Below are positions 53,371-64,000 of a DNA stretch of 64,000 nucleotides, piece by piece. Below the pieces are notes generated by a model. The model was not told where the DNA came from. It made no database searches and was given only the letters and a program-made list of their open reading frames with translations. A program made the translations under genes and the position numbers. The stretch is from Thermoanaerobaculia bacterium. Lineage in GTDB: Bacteria > Acidobacteriota > Thermoanaerobaculia > UBA5066. How positions within the stretch are numbered: position 1 is the first letter of the stretch; the number at the start of each line of letters is the position of its first letter. The stretch spans positions 1 through 64,000 of the forward strand of contig JBBRRY010000003.1 of assembly GCA_038245905.1 (NCBI GenBank), given 5' to 3'.

Positions 53371-53744
53371 GCGAAAAGAAAGGCGGAGGCTCGTTGAACG
53401 GGTTCCTCGACCGGGGTGCGCGGCTGGAGGGCACGCTCTCCTTCGACGACGTCTTCCGGATCGACGGCCAGTTCAAGGGCACGATCACGTCCGATGCCGA
53501 GCTCGTGATCGGAGAAGGCGGAGTCGTGGAGGGCGACGTCAACGTGGCGCGCCTCGCCGTCTCGGGCACGATCAAGGGAAGCGTGCACGCCAAGGAACGC
53601 GTCGAGCTCCACGCGGGCGCGCGTGTTTTCGCCGACATTCACGCCCCGATCCTCGTCGTCGAAGAGGGCGCGGTGATCCAAGGGCCGGTCGAGAGCGGTC
53701 CCCCGCGCGGCGAGGACTCCCCGCGCCGCGCGCCGGCTTCCTAA
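53367..53744 (+). CDS. Bactofilin (polymer-forming cytoskeletal protein)
   Basis: Beta-helix repeats RIDG.FKG.I, IGE.G.VEG, VEEGA..QG; ATGA overlap with parB. Confidence 0.92.
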   Translation: MSEKKGGGSLNGFLDRGARLEGTLSFDDVFRIDGQFKGTITSDAELVIGEGGVVEGDVNVARLAVSGTIKGSVHAKERVELHAGARVFADIHAPILVVEEGAVIQGPVESGPPRGEDSPRRAPAS

Positions 53745-53759
53745 CGCGCTGCGCTTTCA

Positions 53760-54416
53760 TCAAGGCGTGGCGAATGCCGTTCCCGAGAGGGCGTATGCGA
53801 CCGTGGTCGCCGCACCCGAGGGAAGCCCCGCGACTCGCGCGAGCTCGGCGCGCCGCTGATCGCCTACGAGGAGGGGCGCGATATCCACCGCCGTTTCGAG
53901 CGTGTGCGCGGGCGTCGCATCCGCGAGGTTCAAGGGGCACGCGGGGTGCACGACCGCTTGGTCCTCCCGCCAGGCGAGGCCGTAAGTCCTGCAGGTGACG
54001 GGACGCGCCGCATAAACCGCACAGCGCCCCGAGGGAAGCTCCAGGAGGGGGCAGGCGACGTGTTCGAGCGGGTCGAAAAACGCCGCATCCTCGTCCTCCG
54101 AGCGGCCGGGGTCGAGGACACCGGCAACCGGGTCTCCCGGAAACGAAGCAGCGCTGCGGGCCACGAGAAGCGCCGCTCGCTCCCTCGCACGCGTCCGTCG
54201 CGACTCGGGGAGCGCCGACACCGCTTCCCTGAGGACGAGCGCCTCGGGAAGGGAGATTTCGAACGAACCCAGGCAGCAGCCGAAGCAACCTTCACGGCAG
54301 AGGAGGTCGCCGGAGCGGGTCTGGGCCGCGGCCTTCTCCCATTCGAAATCAGCAGAGCCGAGGCTCTCTGTTAATCGATCGATGAAATTAGTCTCTGGAC
54401 CTGGTTCCTCTGCCAC
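53760..54416 (-). CDS. YkgJ family Cys-cluster (Zn/Fe-S) protein
   Basis: CREGCFGCC, CPLL...C.VY..RP..CRTYG; GTG start inferred. Confidence 0.88.
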   Translation of the reverse strand: MAEEPGPETNFIDRLTESLGSADFEWEKAAAQTRSGDLLCREGCFGCCLGSFEISLPEALVLREAVSALPESRRTRARERAALLVARSAASFPGDPVAGVLDPGRSEDEDAAFFDPLEHVACPLLELPSGRCAVYAARPVTCRTYGLAWREDQAVVHPACPLNLADATPAHTLETAVDIAPLLVGDQRRAELARVAGLPSGAATTVAYALSGTAFATP

Positions 54417-54472
54417 GGGAGCATTTTGACTCCCGCCTGCTCCGCAGGCGAGGGGCAGGACAGACGGCGTGT

Positions 54473-54501
54473 TTGACCCACCGCCGCCGCTGTGAGATAA
54501 C
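54473..54501 (+). promoter_or_regulatory. Candidate sigma-70 promoter of the atp operon
   Basis: TTGACC-N17-GATAAC with a TGn extension. Confidence 0.5.
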
Positions 54502-54590
54502 GCCGCGGCCTGCGCACATCCGGGGTCCACGGCGTCGTTCTGGTGTTTCGGCGTCTGGTTTCGGGGCAACGCAGGTATCGCCGAGGGCGC

Positions 54591-55019
54591 ATGCAGCTAC
54601 CCGATCTCTCCCTGCTCCTCGTCATGGTGATCTTCTGGGCGACGTATGTCGTCCTTAAGGTTTTCGTGCTCAAACCGCTTGGCTCGATCCTCGAGGACCG
54701 CGAGCGCACGGTCGCAGGAGCCACGGCCGCGCTCTCGGCGGCGCTCGACGAGGAGAAGGAAACGCTCCTCGGAATCGACCGGCGCCTCACGGAAGCGCGG
54801 CGCGAAGCGCTCGCCGCCCGCCACGCGGCGCGGGCCGACGCGAACGCGAAACGGCAGGCGATGCTCGAGGACGCGCGCGCAAAGGCGCAGGCCGCGGTGA
54901 AAGAGGCCCAGGCGAAGCTCGACGGGGAGGTCGGCGTGGCGCGCGCCGACCTCGCAAAGAACGCACGGGCCACCGCGGCGGAGATCGCCTCTCTCGCCCT
55001 CGGTCGGAGGATCGCGTGA
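54591..55019 (+). CDS. atpF: ATP synthase F0 subunit b'
   Basis: N-terminal TM, KPL..IL..R, coiled coil, LGR C-terminus. Confidence 0.9.
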   Translation: MQLPDLSLLLVMVIFWATYVVLKVFVLKPLGSILEDRERTVAGATAALSAALDEEKETLLGIDRRLTEARREALAARHAARADANAKRQAMLEDARAKAQAAVKEAQAKLDGEVGVARADLAKNARATAAEIASLALGRRIA

Positions 55020-55567
55020 CACCTTCGGCCGTATCCGTCTTCCTCTTTTCCGAAGAAGGCCACGAAACCGCTCGCGGATTTCTCGGCGTGCCGAGCCTCG
55101 CCTGGCAGATCCTCAACCTCGGCTGCTTCGTCGCGCTGCTGTGGTTTCTCCTCCGAAAGCCGGCTGCGGCGTTTTTCGGGAACAGGAGGACGGCGGTTGC
55201 GACGGCGCTCTTGAAGGCCGACGACGACCGCCGCCGCGCCGAGGCGCTCGCGAAGGAGCTCGCCACCCGACTCGAGAGCATCCAGACGGAGCTCGTCAAC
55301 CTGAAGTCCGCGGTGCGTCACGACGCCGAGGCCGAACACGCGGCGCTCCTCGTGAAAAGCCAGGCGGATGCGGACCAGATTCTTGCGCGCACCCGGGCGG
55401 ATCTCGACAACCGCGTGCGCTCCGCGCGCGCCGAGCTCACGGCCTACGCGGGAGACCTCGCGGTCGAGCTTGCCCGCGAGCTTCTGAAACAGAGCGTCAC
55501 CCCAGGCGACGAAAAGCGGCTGCTCGACGAAGGCATCGCCGGCCTGAGCGGCGCGGCAAGGGTTTGA
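55016..55567 (+). CDS. atpF: ATP synthase F0 subunit b
   Basis: WQILN...LL..LL.KP...FF..R, coiled coil. Confidence 0.9.
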   Translation: MTPSAVSVFLFSEEGHETARGFLGVPSLAWQILNLGCFVALLWFLLRKPAAAFFGNRRTAVATALLKADDDRRRAEALAKELATRLESIQTELVNLKSAVRHDAEAEHAALLVKSQADADQILARTRADLDNRVRSARAELTAYAGDLAVELARELLKQSVTPGDEKRLLDEGIAGLSGAARV

Positions 55568-55578
55568 GGCGGAAACGG

Positions 55579-56118
55579 ATGAGCTCAAAGTTCACGCGGC
55601 CCTATGTCGACGCGTTCTTCGCGGTTGCGAAAAACCCAGCCGCTGAGCTCGCGGCGCTCGAGGAGTTCCGGATGGCGTACGACGAGGCACCCGAGCTCGA
55701 AAAGGTCCTCTCCAACCCCGGCCTCGAGCGGGGAAAGCGCGAAGCGCTCCTCGCCGCGGTGTCCGCGCGCGTCGGCGTGCCCGAGGTCGCCGGCCGCCTC
55801 CTGAAAATCCTCCTCGACAACGGGCGTCTCCCGGCTCTCGGCGAGCTGCTCGCCGCCATCCGCGCGCATCTGGATCGCGACACGCGCGCCGTCGAGGCGC
55901 GCGTCGTGACGGCTCAGCCCGCCGACGCCGCCGTCCTCGAGGCGCTTCGCGCTCTCGTGGCGTCACGGACGAAGAAGACCGTTCGGATCGTGGCGACGGT
56001 CGATCCAGCCCTCCTCGGCGGCTTCGTCGTGTCGGTCGGCAGCGCGCGGCTCGACGCCTCGCTGGCCCGGCGTCTCGAGAAAGCCCGCGCGGCTTTGCAC
56101 GCACTCGCCCCGGCCTGA
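55579..56118 (+). CDS. atpH: ATP synthase delta subunit
   Basis: RPY..A, NP, VDP.LLGG.VV.VGS...DASL. Confidence 0.93.
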   Translation: MSSKFTRPYVDAFFAVAKNPAAELAALEEFRMAYDEAPELEKVLSNPGLERGKREALLAAVSARVGVPEVAGRLLKILLDNGRLPALGELLAAIRAHLDRDTRAVEARVVTAQPADAAVLEALRALVASRTKKTVRIVATVDPALLGGFVVSVGSARLDASLARRLEKARAALHALAPA

Positions 56119-56143
56119 CGAAGACGGAGAAAGAAGCACGAAC

Positions 56144-57679
56144 ATGGCGGAAATCAGCGCACACGAAATCACCCAGCTCATCAAGGCCCAGCTCGCCGGC
56201 ATCACGCAGGGCGTGGATGTCGACGAAGTGGGCACCGTCGTGTCGGTCGGAGACGGCATCGCGCTCGCCTACGGCCTGGACAAAGTCATGGCGGGCGAGC
56301 TCGTCGAGTTCCCGAACGGCGTTTACGGCCTCGCGCTCAACCTCGAGGAGGGCCACGTCGGCTGCGTCCTCATGGGCGAGACGAGCCTCGTCAAGGAAGG
56401 CGACACCGTCAAGCGTACGAAGCGGATCATCTCGGTTCCCGTGGGCGAGGCCCTCGTCGGCCGCGTCGTGAACCCGCTCGGGCAGCCGCTCGACGGCAAG
56501 GGTCCGATCGCTTCTTCGGAGTTCTACCCGGTCGAGCGCATCGCCCCGGGCGTCGTCGATCGCATGCCAGTCCGGGAATCCATGCAAACCGGCATCAAGG
56601 CGATCGACGCGATGATCCCGATCGGCCGCGGCCAGCGCGAGCTCATCATCGGGGACCGCCAGACGGGGAAGACCGCGATCGCCCTCGACGCGATCATCAA
56701 CCAGAAGGGCAAGGGCGTCTTCTGTGTGTACGTCGCGATCGGGCAGAAGAACTCGACGGTCGCCCAGGTGGTCCAGACGCTCGAGGCTCACGGCGCGATG
56801 GAGCACACGATCGTCGTCGCCGCGTCCGCGGCCGACCCGGCTCCGCTCCAGTACATCGCCGCTTATGCCGGTTGTGCCATGGGCGAGTACTTCATGTACA
56901 ACGGCAAGCACGCGCTCGTCGTGTACGACGACCTCTCGAAGCAGGCAGCATCCTACCGGGAGGTCTCGCTCCTTCTCCGGCGCCCGCCGGGCCGCGAGGC
57001 ATACCCGGGCGATGTCTTCTATCTCCACAGCCGCCTTCTCGAGCGGGCCTCGAAGCTGAATAAAGAGAAAGGCGGCGGATCGCTCACGGCCCTCCCGATC
57101 ATCGAGACGCAGGCCGGCGACGTCTCTGCGTATATCCCGACGAACGTCATTTCGATCACGGATGGGCAGATCTTCCTCGAGTCAGACCTGTTTTTCTCCG
57201 GCCAGCGTCCGGCGGTGAACGTCGGCATTTCCGTGTCGCGCGTCGGCGGCTCGGCACAGATCAAGGTCATGCGTGCCATCTCCGGCACGCTCCGCCTCGA
57301 CCTCGCGCAGTACCGCGAGCTCGCGGCGTTCGCGCAGTTCGGATCCGATCTCGACAAGACGACGCAGTCGCAGCTGAATCGCGGCCGCCGCCTCGTCGAG
57401 ATTCTCAAGCAGAACCAGTACGTGCCGATGGACGTCGCGCTCCAGATCGCCTCCGTCTTCGCGGGCACGAAGGGCCATCTCGACGAGCTCCGCGTCGAGG
57501 CCGTCCTCCCCTTCGAGACCGCCCTCCACGAGTACCTGACGAATCAGCACCAGCCGCTCCTCAAGGAGATCCGCGACGCGGCGAAGCTCACGAAGGAGAT
57601 CGAGGCCGCGCTCACCGCGGCGGTCGTCGAAGCGAAGAAGGTCTTTCTTTCCTCGACTCCCGAGGCGAAACAGGCTTAG
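56144..57679 (+). CDS. atpA: ATP synthase alpha subunit
   Basis: [31 protein letters not shown]. Confidence 0.99.
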   Translation: MAEISAHEITQLIKAQLAGITQGVDVDEVGTVVSVGDGIALAYGLDKVMAGELVEFPNGVYGLALNLEEGHVGCVLMGETSLVKEGDTVKRTKRIISVPVGEALVGRVVNPLGQPLDGKGPIASSEFYPVERIAPGVVDRMPVRESMQTGIKAIDAMIPIGRGQRELIIGDRQTGKTAIALDAIINQKGKGVFCVYVAIGQKNSTVAQVVQTLEAHGAMEHTIVVAASAADPAPLQYIAAYAGCAMGEYFMYNGKHALVVYDDLSKQAASYREVSLLLRRPPGREAYPGDVFYLHSRLLERASKLNKEKGGGSLTALPIIETQAGDVSAYIPTNVISITDGQIFLESDLFFSGQRPAVNVGISVSRVGGSAQIKVMRAISGTLRLDLAQYRELAAFAQFGSDLDKTTQSQLNRGRRLVEILKQNQYVPMDVALQIASVFAGTKGHLDELRVEAVLPFETALHEYLTNQHQPLLKEIRDAAKLTKEIEAALTAAVVEAKKVFLSSTPEAKQA

Positions 57680-57720
57680 GGCAGGGAAGAGACGGGACAG
57701 GCGCGGTCGAGACAGACAAC

Positions 57721-58599
57721 ATGGCAAACCTCATCGACATCCGGCGGCGGATCCGGAGCGTGAAGAACACGCAGCAGATCACGAAGGCGGTCAAGATGGT
57801 GGCCGCGTCGAAGCTACGCCGCTCGCAGGACCGGGCGATTGCCACCCGGCCTTACGCGTCTACGCTTGAGGCGACCATCCGTGCCGTCGCCGCGCGCATC
57901 GCCCCGCGGGAGGACGGTGCGCCGCTACACCCGCTTCTGGCCACGAGGGACGAGAAGAACGTCGTCCTCGTCGTCGTCTCCGGCGACAAGGGCCTCGCCG
58001 GCGGTTTCAACACGAACGTGAACCGCGTGGCCGCGGCGTTCCTCAGGGAGGCGCCGGATCGCGGCATCGCGAACGTGGGCCTCGTGGCGCTCGGGAAGAA
58101 GGCGAACGACTTCTGGAGGCGCCGCCCCGTCGAGATCCTGCACGCGCAGGCCGGCCTCGCCTCGCTCGGCGCGGCGCCGGCCGCCGAGATTGCCCGGACC
58201 CTCGCCTCCCGGTTCGTCTCCGGCGAGACGGACGCCGTGTACATCGTCTCGAACGAGTTCAAGAGCGCGATCTCGCAGGTCGTAAGGACAAAGCGCCTCC
58301 TTCCGATCACCCTCGAGAGCGTCGCCGGGGATGCGGGCGGAGTCGACTACCTGTACGAGCCCTCGCCCGAGGAAATTCTCGGGACGCTTCTCCCGCGTTT
58401 CCTCGAGTTCCAGATGTACCGCGTGATCCTGGAGTCGCAAGCGGCGTTCTTCGCGGCCCAAATGACCGCGATGGACAGCGCCACGAAGAACGCGGGCGAC
58501 ATGATCGACTCCCTCACGCTCACCTACAACCGTGCGCGACAAGCGCGCATCACGAAAGAGCTCATCGAGATCGTCTCGGGCGCGGCTGCTCTGGAATGA
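57721..58599 (+). CDS. atpG: ATP synthase gamma subunit
   Basis: IRRRI.SVKNT.QITKA, RQARIT.EL.EI. Confidence 0.98.
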   Translation: MANLIDIRRRIRSVKNTQQITKAVKMVAASKLRRSQDRAIATRPYASTLEATIRAVAARIAPREDGAPLHPLLATRDEKNVVLVVVSGDKGLAGGFNTNVNRVAAAFLREAPDRGIANVGLVALGKKANDFWRRRPVEILHAQAGLASLGAAPAAEIARTLASRFVSGETDAVYIVSNEFKSAISQVVRTKRLLPITLESVAGDAGGVDYLYEPSPEEILGTLLPRFLEFQMYRVILESQAAFFAAQMTAMDSATKNAGDMIDSLTLTYNRARQARITKELIEIVSGAAALE

Positions 58600-60078
<1,479 letters not shown>

Positions 60079-60079
60079 G

Positions 60080-60496
60080 TTGGACGGACGCCTCACGCTG
60101 ACCGTCGTCACGCCCGAGCGCGCCGTGCTCCAGGCCGTTCCGTGCGACGAAGTGACGCTCCCTGCACAGAAGGGCGAGATCGGGATTCTGCCGGGACACA
60201 CGCCCCTGATCGCGCTCCTCGGAATCGGCGTCGTGGGGTATCGCGACGGGGCGCGCCGCGCGACCGTTGCCGTGCGCGGAGGCTTCGTGGAGATCGCGGG
60301 CGACGCCGTGCGCGTTCTGGCCGACACCGCAGCGGGGCCGGACGCCATTGACGCGGCCGCGGTCTCCGCCGAGAAGCAGGCAGCCGAGGGCCGCCGTGAC
60401 CAGGCCGCCGGGGACGAGGAGCTGGACGCGGCGGACGCGGACGCGCGTTTCGCGGAAGCGCGCCTCGCCACGGCCGCCATGGCACGGCCAGGCTGA
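60080..60496 (+). CDS. atpC: ATP synthase epsilon subunit
   Basis: VVTPE, GEIGILPGH.PL, GGFVE. Confidence 0.95.
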   Translation: MDGRLTLTVVTPERAVLQAVPCDEVTLPAQKGEIGILPGHTPLIALLGIGVVGYRDGARRATVAVRGGFVEIAGDAVRVLADTAAGPDAIDAAAVSAEKQAAEGRRDQAAGDEELDAADADARFAEARLATAAMARPG

Positions 60497-60510
60497 GCCG
60501 GAAAAAGGCG

Positions 60511-60637
60511 AGGAGAGGCAAGGCATGATGTCTCCGCGCGGGGCCGGTTGCCCCGGCATGGGGCTTGCGATGGTGGTGAGCAGGCCCGGTCGGCGCCGAA
60601 AGGGCGCGCCGGATCGACACGACACCTCCTGCCTCCT
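60511..60637 (+). ncRNA. Candidate structured RNA of unknown family
   Basis: Long-range stem AGGAGAGGCAAGG/CCTCCTGCCTCCT enclosing three hairpins, one with a GAAA-containing loop; folded by eye only. Confidence 0.45.
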
Positions 60638-60640
60638 ACC

Positions 60641-60672
60641 AGGGCTCCGCGCGGCGGAGCCCTCTTTTTCTT
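60641..60672 (+). terminator. Intrinsic terminator downstream of atpC and the structured element
   Basis: AGGGCTCCGC-gcg-GCGGAGCCCT followed by CTTTTTCTT. Confidence 0.85.
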
Positions 60673-60715
60673 CCTCGCGTCCCGGGCCGCGGCTGTCCGC
60701 GCCAGGAAACAGGCG

Positions 60716-61504
60716 ATGACGGCCGTGCGCGACCCGTGGTACGCGGAGTGGTTCGGAGAGGAGTACCTCGCCCTCTATCCGGAACGCGACGACCGGGAAG
60801 CCCGCCAGCAGGCCCTCTTCGTGCGGGAGCTGCTCTCTCCATATGCGCGGCTCGGCCGGCTCCGATTTCTCGATCTCGCGTGCGGAACGGGGCGACACGC
60901 GGTCGCGCTTCACGAGGGCCAGGGGGGCGTGGTGGGGCTCGATCTTTCGGCACATCTCCTCTTCCAGGCGCGGCAGCGGCAGGGACCGGCCCGCCCGTCC
61001 TGGGTCCGTTCCGACATGAGGCGGCTTCCTTTCCGCGGGGGCTCGTTCGGGGCTGTCGTGAATTTCTTCACGTCGTTCGGCTACTTCGACGATCTCGCCG
61101 ATGACGCGCGCGTCGTCCGGGAAGTCACGCGCCTCCTCGCGCCCGGAGGCGCCTTCCTCTCGGATGTCTTCAACGCGGAACGCGTGATCGGGACGCTCGC
61201 GGTGCGCGAAGAAAAGACCGTGGCGGGAGCCCGCGTGAGCATCCGCCGACGGTACGATCCGGCGAGCCGGCGGGTGGAGAAGGAGATCGAGATGGGCTCC
61301 GGCGAGGACAAGCGCGTATTCAAGGAATGCGTTCGCGCCTACACGGAGCACGAGCTGCGCACGCTGCATCGGGCGGCCGGCCTGACGGTGCGAGCGGCCT
61401 ACGGGAACTTCGACGGAACGCCGTTCGACCGCGGCAAGTCGCCGCGCCTGATCCTTCTCGCGACGAAATCGACGGCACGCACCTCCGGCGAGGGTGCGCG
61501 ATGA
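60716..61504 (+). CDS. Class I SAM methyltransferase, probable NmbA-like N-methyl-bacillithiol synthase
   Basis: WY.EWF...YL.LY..RD..EA, DLACGTGRH, DMR, FTSFGYF; ATGA-coupled to bshC. Confidence 0.8.
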   Translation: MTAVRDPWYAEWFGEEYLALYPERDDREARQQALFVRELLSPYARLGRLRFLDLACGTGRHAVALHEGQGGVVGLDLSAHLLFQARQRQGPARPSWVRSDMRRLPFRGGSFGAVVNFFTSFGYFDDLADDARVVREVTRLLAPGGAFLSDVFNAERVIGTLAVREEKTVAGARVSIRRRYDPASRRVEKEIEMGSGEDKRVFKECVRAYTEHELRTLHRAAGLTVRAAYGNFDGTPFDRGKSPRLILLATKSTARTSGEGAR

Positions 61505-63078
61505 GGACGATCCCACTCGCGCGGGTTCCGGGGATTCCGGCGCTCGCCCGCGGCCTCGCGACGGGCGAGCCCGACGTCCGGGCCTTCCTTCCGGATCGTC
61601 CGGATCTCGCGACGATCCGCGGGCGAGCAAGGAAAGCTCGTGCCGCCTTCGTTCCGCGCACGGAGACCGGAGCAAACCTCGCGCTTTCGTCCCTTGCCCG
61701 GGGCGAGCGTGCGGTCGTGCTCACGGGACAGCAGGCGGGGCTCTTCGGCGGCCCGCTCCTGACGCTCGTCAAGGCTCTCGCGGCGGAGAAGCTCGCGGCG
61801 GAGCTCGAGGATGCCGAATCGCCCGCAAGCGCGGCGTTCTGGTGCGCGTCCGAGGACCATGACCTCGTGGAGGTCACGAGGCTCGTCCTGCCGACCCCGG
61901 AGGGCCCAAAAGACTTCGGTCCCGAGGCCGGCCCTCTTGCGGAGAATCATCGGCCCGTGGGTGTGCTCCCGGTCGGAGTCGACGCCGAAGCGCTCGTCGC
62001 GGCGGCCGCGGCCGGCCTCGCAGCGCCTCCGGACGAGGAAGCGGTCGCGGCCCTGACCGCCGCGCATCGGGGGACGAACTTTCTCGGCGCGTTCTCCGCC
62101 ACGCTCGCCTGGCTTCTTGGCGGCGATGGGTCGGAAGCGATGCCCGTCGTGGATGCGGCCAGCGCCGCCGACAAGCCGTTCCTCGTACCTCTCGCCTCCC
62201 GAATCGTGCGGGAACGCACGGAGGTGAAGCGGATTCTCGAAGAACGCGGAGCCGCGCTCGAGGCCGCGGGCCACCGTCTTCAAGTCACGACGGACCCGGC
62301 CGCCCTGCCGCTTTTCGCGCGTGTCGGCGAGGACCGCCTTCTCCTCGTCGAGAAGGGCGGGAGGCTCGCGCTCAAGGGTCGCGACGGGTCATTCGAAGCG
62401 GAGGAAGTCGTGGCGCGATTCGCAAGCGGAGACTGGCTCCCGTCTTTCTCGGCCCTCACGCGTCCGCTCGCGGCGTCGACGCTCTTTCCCGTGGCCGCGA
62501 CGATCTTGGGACCAGCCGAGATCGCGTACTGGGCCCAGGCCTGGCCCCTCTTCGCGTGGGCCGGAATCGTTCCACCCGTAATCGTCCCGCGTCCTCTCGT
62601 GGCGTTGCTGTCACCCTCGGCCAGGAGGGGGCTCGAGAAGCTCGGCCTCTCCGTCGACGACGTCCTCGAGGGACCGGAGGCCATGCTCCGGAAGAGGGGT
62701 GCGGGAGAGGCTGGGGCGCTTCTCGCGCGTCTCCGCGCGGTCGGCGCGGGCGCGGTGAGGGATCTCGTCTCGCTGAAGCCGGCCCTTCTCGGCGTCGATC
62801 CGTCGCTCGAGAAGGCGGTCGAGACGACGCGCGAGAAGACGGAGTTCGCCTTCGAGAAGCTGGTCGAAAAGACTGCGGGCGCCGCGGGGCGCGTCGATGA
62901 ACGCGCGGCGGCGCAGGTGGCGCGCCTCGCGGAAGAGTTGCTTCCCCGAGGGACTCTGGCCGAACGCGTGTATTCGGCGCTGCCGTATGCCTTGCGATTC
63001 GGGCGCGACACACTCGTGGGAACTTTGCGGCGGGAGCTGAAATGGAACGAGGCGGGCCTTCAGGTGGTCGAACTATGA
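61501..63078 (+). CDS. bshC: Bacillithiol biosynthesis cysteine-adding enzyme BshC
   Basis: TGQQAGLFGGPL..L.K, FW.ASEDHD..E, LTRPL, GPAEIAYWAQ, L.ER. Confidence 0.93.
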   Translation: MRTIPLARVPGIPALARGLATGEPDVRAFLPDRPDLATIRGRARKARAAFVPRTETGANLALSSLARGERAVVLTGQQAGLFGGPLLTLVKALAAEKLAAELEDAESPASAAFWCASEDHDLVEVTRLVLPTPEGPKDFGPEAGPLAENHRPVGVLPVGVDAEALVAAAAAGLAAPPDEEAVAALTAAHRGTNFLGAFSATLAWLLGGDGSEAMPVVDAASAADKPFLVPLASRIVRERTEVKRILEERGAALEAAGHRLQVTTDPAALPLFARVGEDRLLLVEKGGRLALKGRDGSFEAEEVVARFASGDWLPSFSALTRPLAASTLFPVAATILGPAEIAYWAQAWPLFAWAGIVPPVIVPRPLVALLSPSARRGLEKLGLSVDDVLEGPEAMLRKRGAGEAGALLARLRAVGAGAVRDLVSLKPALLGVDPSLEKAVETTREKTEFAFEKLVEKTAGAAGRVDERAAAQVARLAEELLPRGTLAERVYSALPYALRFGRDTLVGTLRRELKWNEAGLQVVEL

Positions 63079-63830
63079 CGACGACGAACGTCGAGCTCGT
63101 CGAGCCGGTCGAGATTCTCGCCTTCTCTCCGCATCCGGACGACGTCGAGCTGGGCTGCGGCGGGACCCTCGCGACTCTCGCGCGGCGCGGGGCGAGCTTC
63201 GGCATCGTGGACCTGACTCGCGGCGAGATGGGGACGCGCGGCACGCCCGAGCTTCGCGCGCGGGAAGCCGCGGAGGCCGCCCGGATTCTGGGTGCTCGTT
63301 TCCGCGCGAACCTGGATCTCGGCGACGGCGCCCTCAGGACGGACCGGGCTGCCGAGAGCCTCGTCGTGGACGTCATACGCCGCGCGCGCCCGCGGCTCGT
63401 CCTCGCCCCCCTCGTCCTCGATCGCCATCCGGATCACGTTCGCGCGAGCCGCCTCGTCACCGACGCGGCCTGGTACGCCGGGCTCGCGAAACTCGAGACG
63501 GGCCTCCCGTCGCACCGGCCGGACCAGGTCGTCTTCTATGCCGCGTACGTGCTCGTGCCCCCCACGTTCCTCGTGGACGTGTCGGCCGCGTTTGCGACGA
63601 AGATCGCGGCTCTCCACGCGTATCGGAGCCAGTTTCACGACGAAAACTCGAGCGAGCCCGAGACGTACGTCTCCTCGAAGGGCTTTTTCGACGGGATCGA
63701 GGCACGGGCCCGCTCGCTCGGGAGGATCGCAAACGTGGAATACGCGGAAGGCTTCATCGCGAACGTGCCGCCCACGCTGATGGATCCCGTCGCCGCTTTC
63801 GCGGGCTACGAGGGCGGGAGAAAAGCATGA
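63075..63830 (+). CDS. bshB1: Bacillithiol biosynthesis deacetylase BshB1
   Basis: HPDDVELGCGGT, DLTRGEMGTRG, RHPDH, YAEGF. Confidence 0.93.
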   Translation: MTTTNVELVEPVEILAFSPHPDDVELGCGGTLATLARRGASFGIVDLTRGEMGTRGTPELRAREAAEAARILGARFRANLDLGDGALRTDRAAESLVVDVIRRARPRLVLAPLVLDRHPDHVRASRLVTDAAWYAGLAKLETGLPSHRPDQVVFYAAYVLVPPTFLVDVSAAFATKIAALHAYRSQFHDENSSEPETYVSSKGFFDGIEARARSLGRIANVEYAEGFIANVPPTLMDPVAAFAGYEGGRKA

Positions 63831-64000
63831 AGATCGGCATCACGTGCTACCCGACTTTCGGAGGCTCGGGAGTCGTCGCCACGGAGCTCGGGCACGAGCT
63901 CGCGCGGAGAGGGCACGACGTTCATTTCATCACGTATGCGATGCCGTCACGCCTGAACGTCTTCGCCGAGCGCGTCACCTACCACGAGGTGTCGGTCCCC
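63827..64000 (+). CDS. bshA: N-acetyl-alpha-D-glucosaminyl L-malate synthase BshA (3' partial; not in the ORF track)
   Basis: MKIGITCYPTFGGSGVVATELG.ELA.RGH.VHFITY; ATGA overlap with bshB1. Confidence 0.95.
   Translation, partial: MKIGITCYPTFGGSGVVATELGHELARRGHDVHFITYAMPSRLNVFAERVTYHEVSVP

Noticed and set aside
60525-60719. Small ORF or leader peptide in the atpC-methyltransferase gap
   Set aside because: No coding signature, runs through the terminator, and its putative RBS is within the predicted stem

Overview
GC-rich (roughly 70%) bacterial chromosome segment spanning the replication origin. Gene content and order suggest Acidobacteriota, possibly Thermoanaerobaculia; this is an inference. 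Left of oriC, mostly on the minus strand: dnaN-recF-gyrB-gyrA, a transaldolase-like gene, DUF507, pdxR-pdxS-pdxT, and an interrupted dprA-topA-trmFO-xerC-hslV-hslU cluster, interspersed with envelope and accessory genes. Right of oriC: dnaA (minus strand), then rpmH-rnpA-yidD-yidC-mnmE-mnmG-rsmG-[parS]-parA-parB-bactofilin, atpF'FHAGDC and a bacillithiol operon led by a methyltransferase. I saw no tRNA, rRNA, CRISPR array, IS or prophage. Most notable observations: (1) an unexplained multi-stem RNA plus terminator between atpC and a probable N-methyl-bacillithiol operon; (2) an intact transaldolase-fold gene that has lost its active-site residues; (3) a truncated dapF; (4) a perfect parS that also carries the rsmG stop and the parA start; (5) an operon of two lipoproteins plus a peptidase/beta-propeller/Omp85 protein; (6) a NAT-fold protein lacking the catalytic Cys; (7) a MocR-type operator; (8) an oriC with DnaA-trios but only degenerate DnaA boxes. 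All calls come from motif recognition by eye; no searches were run.
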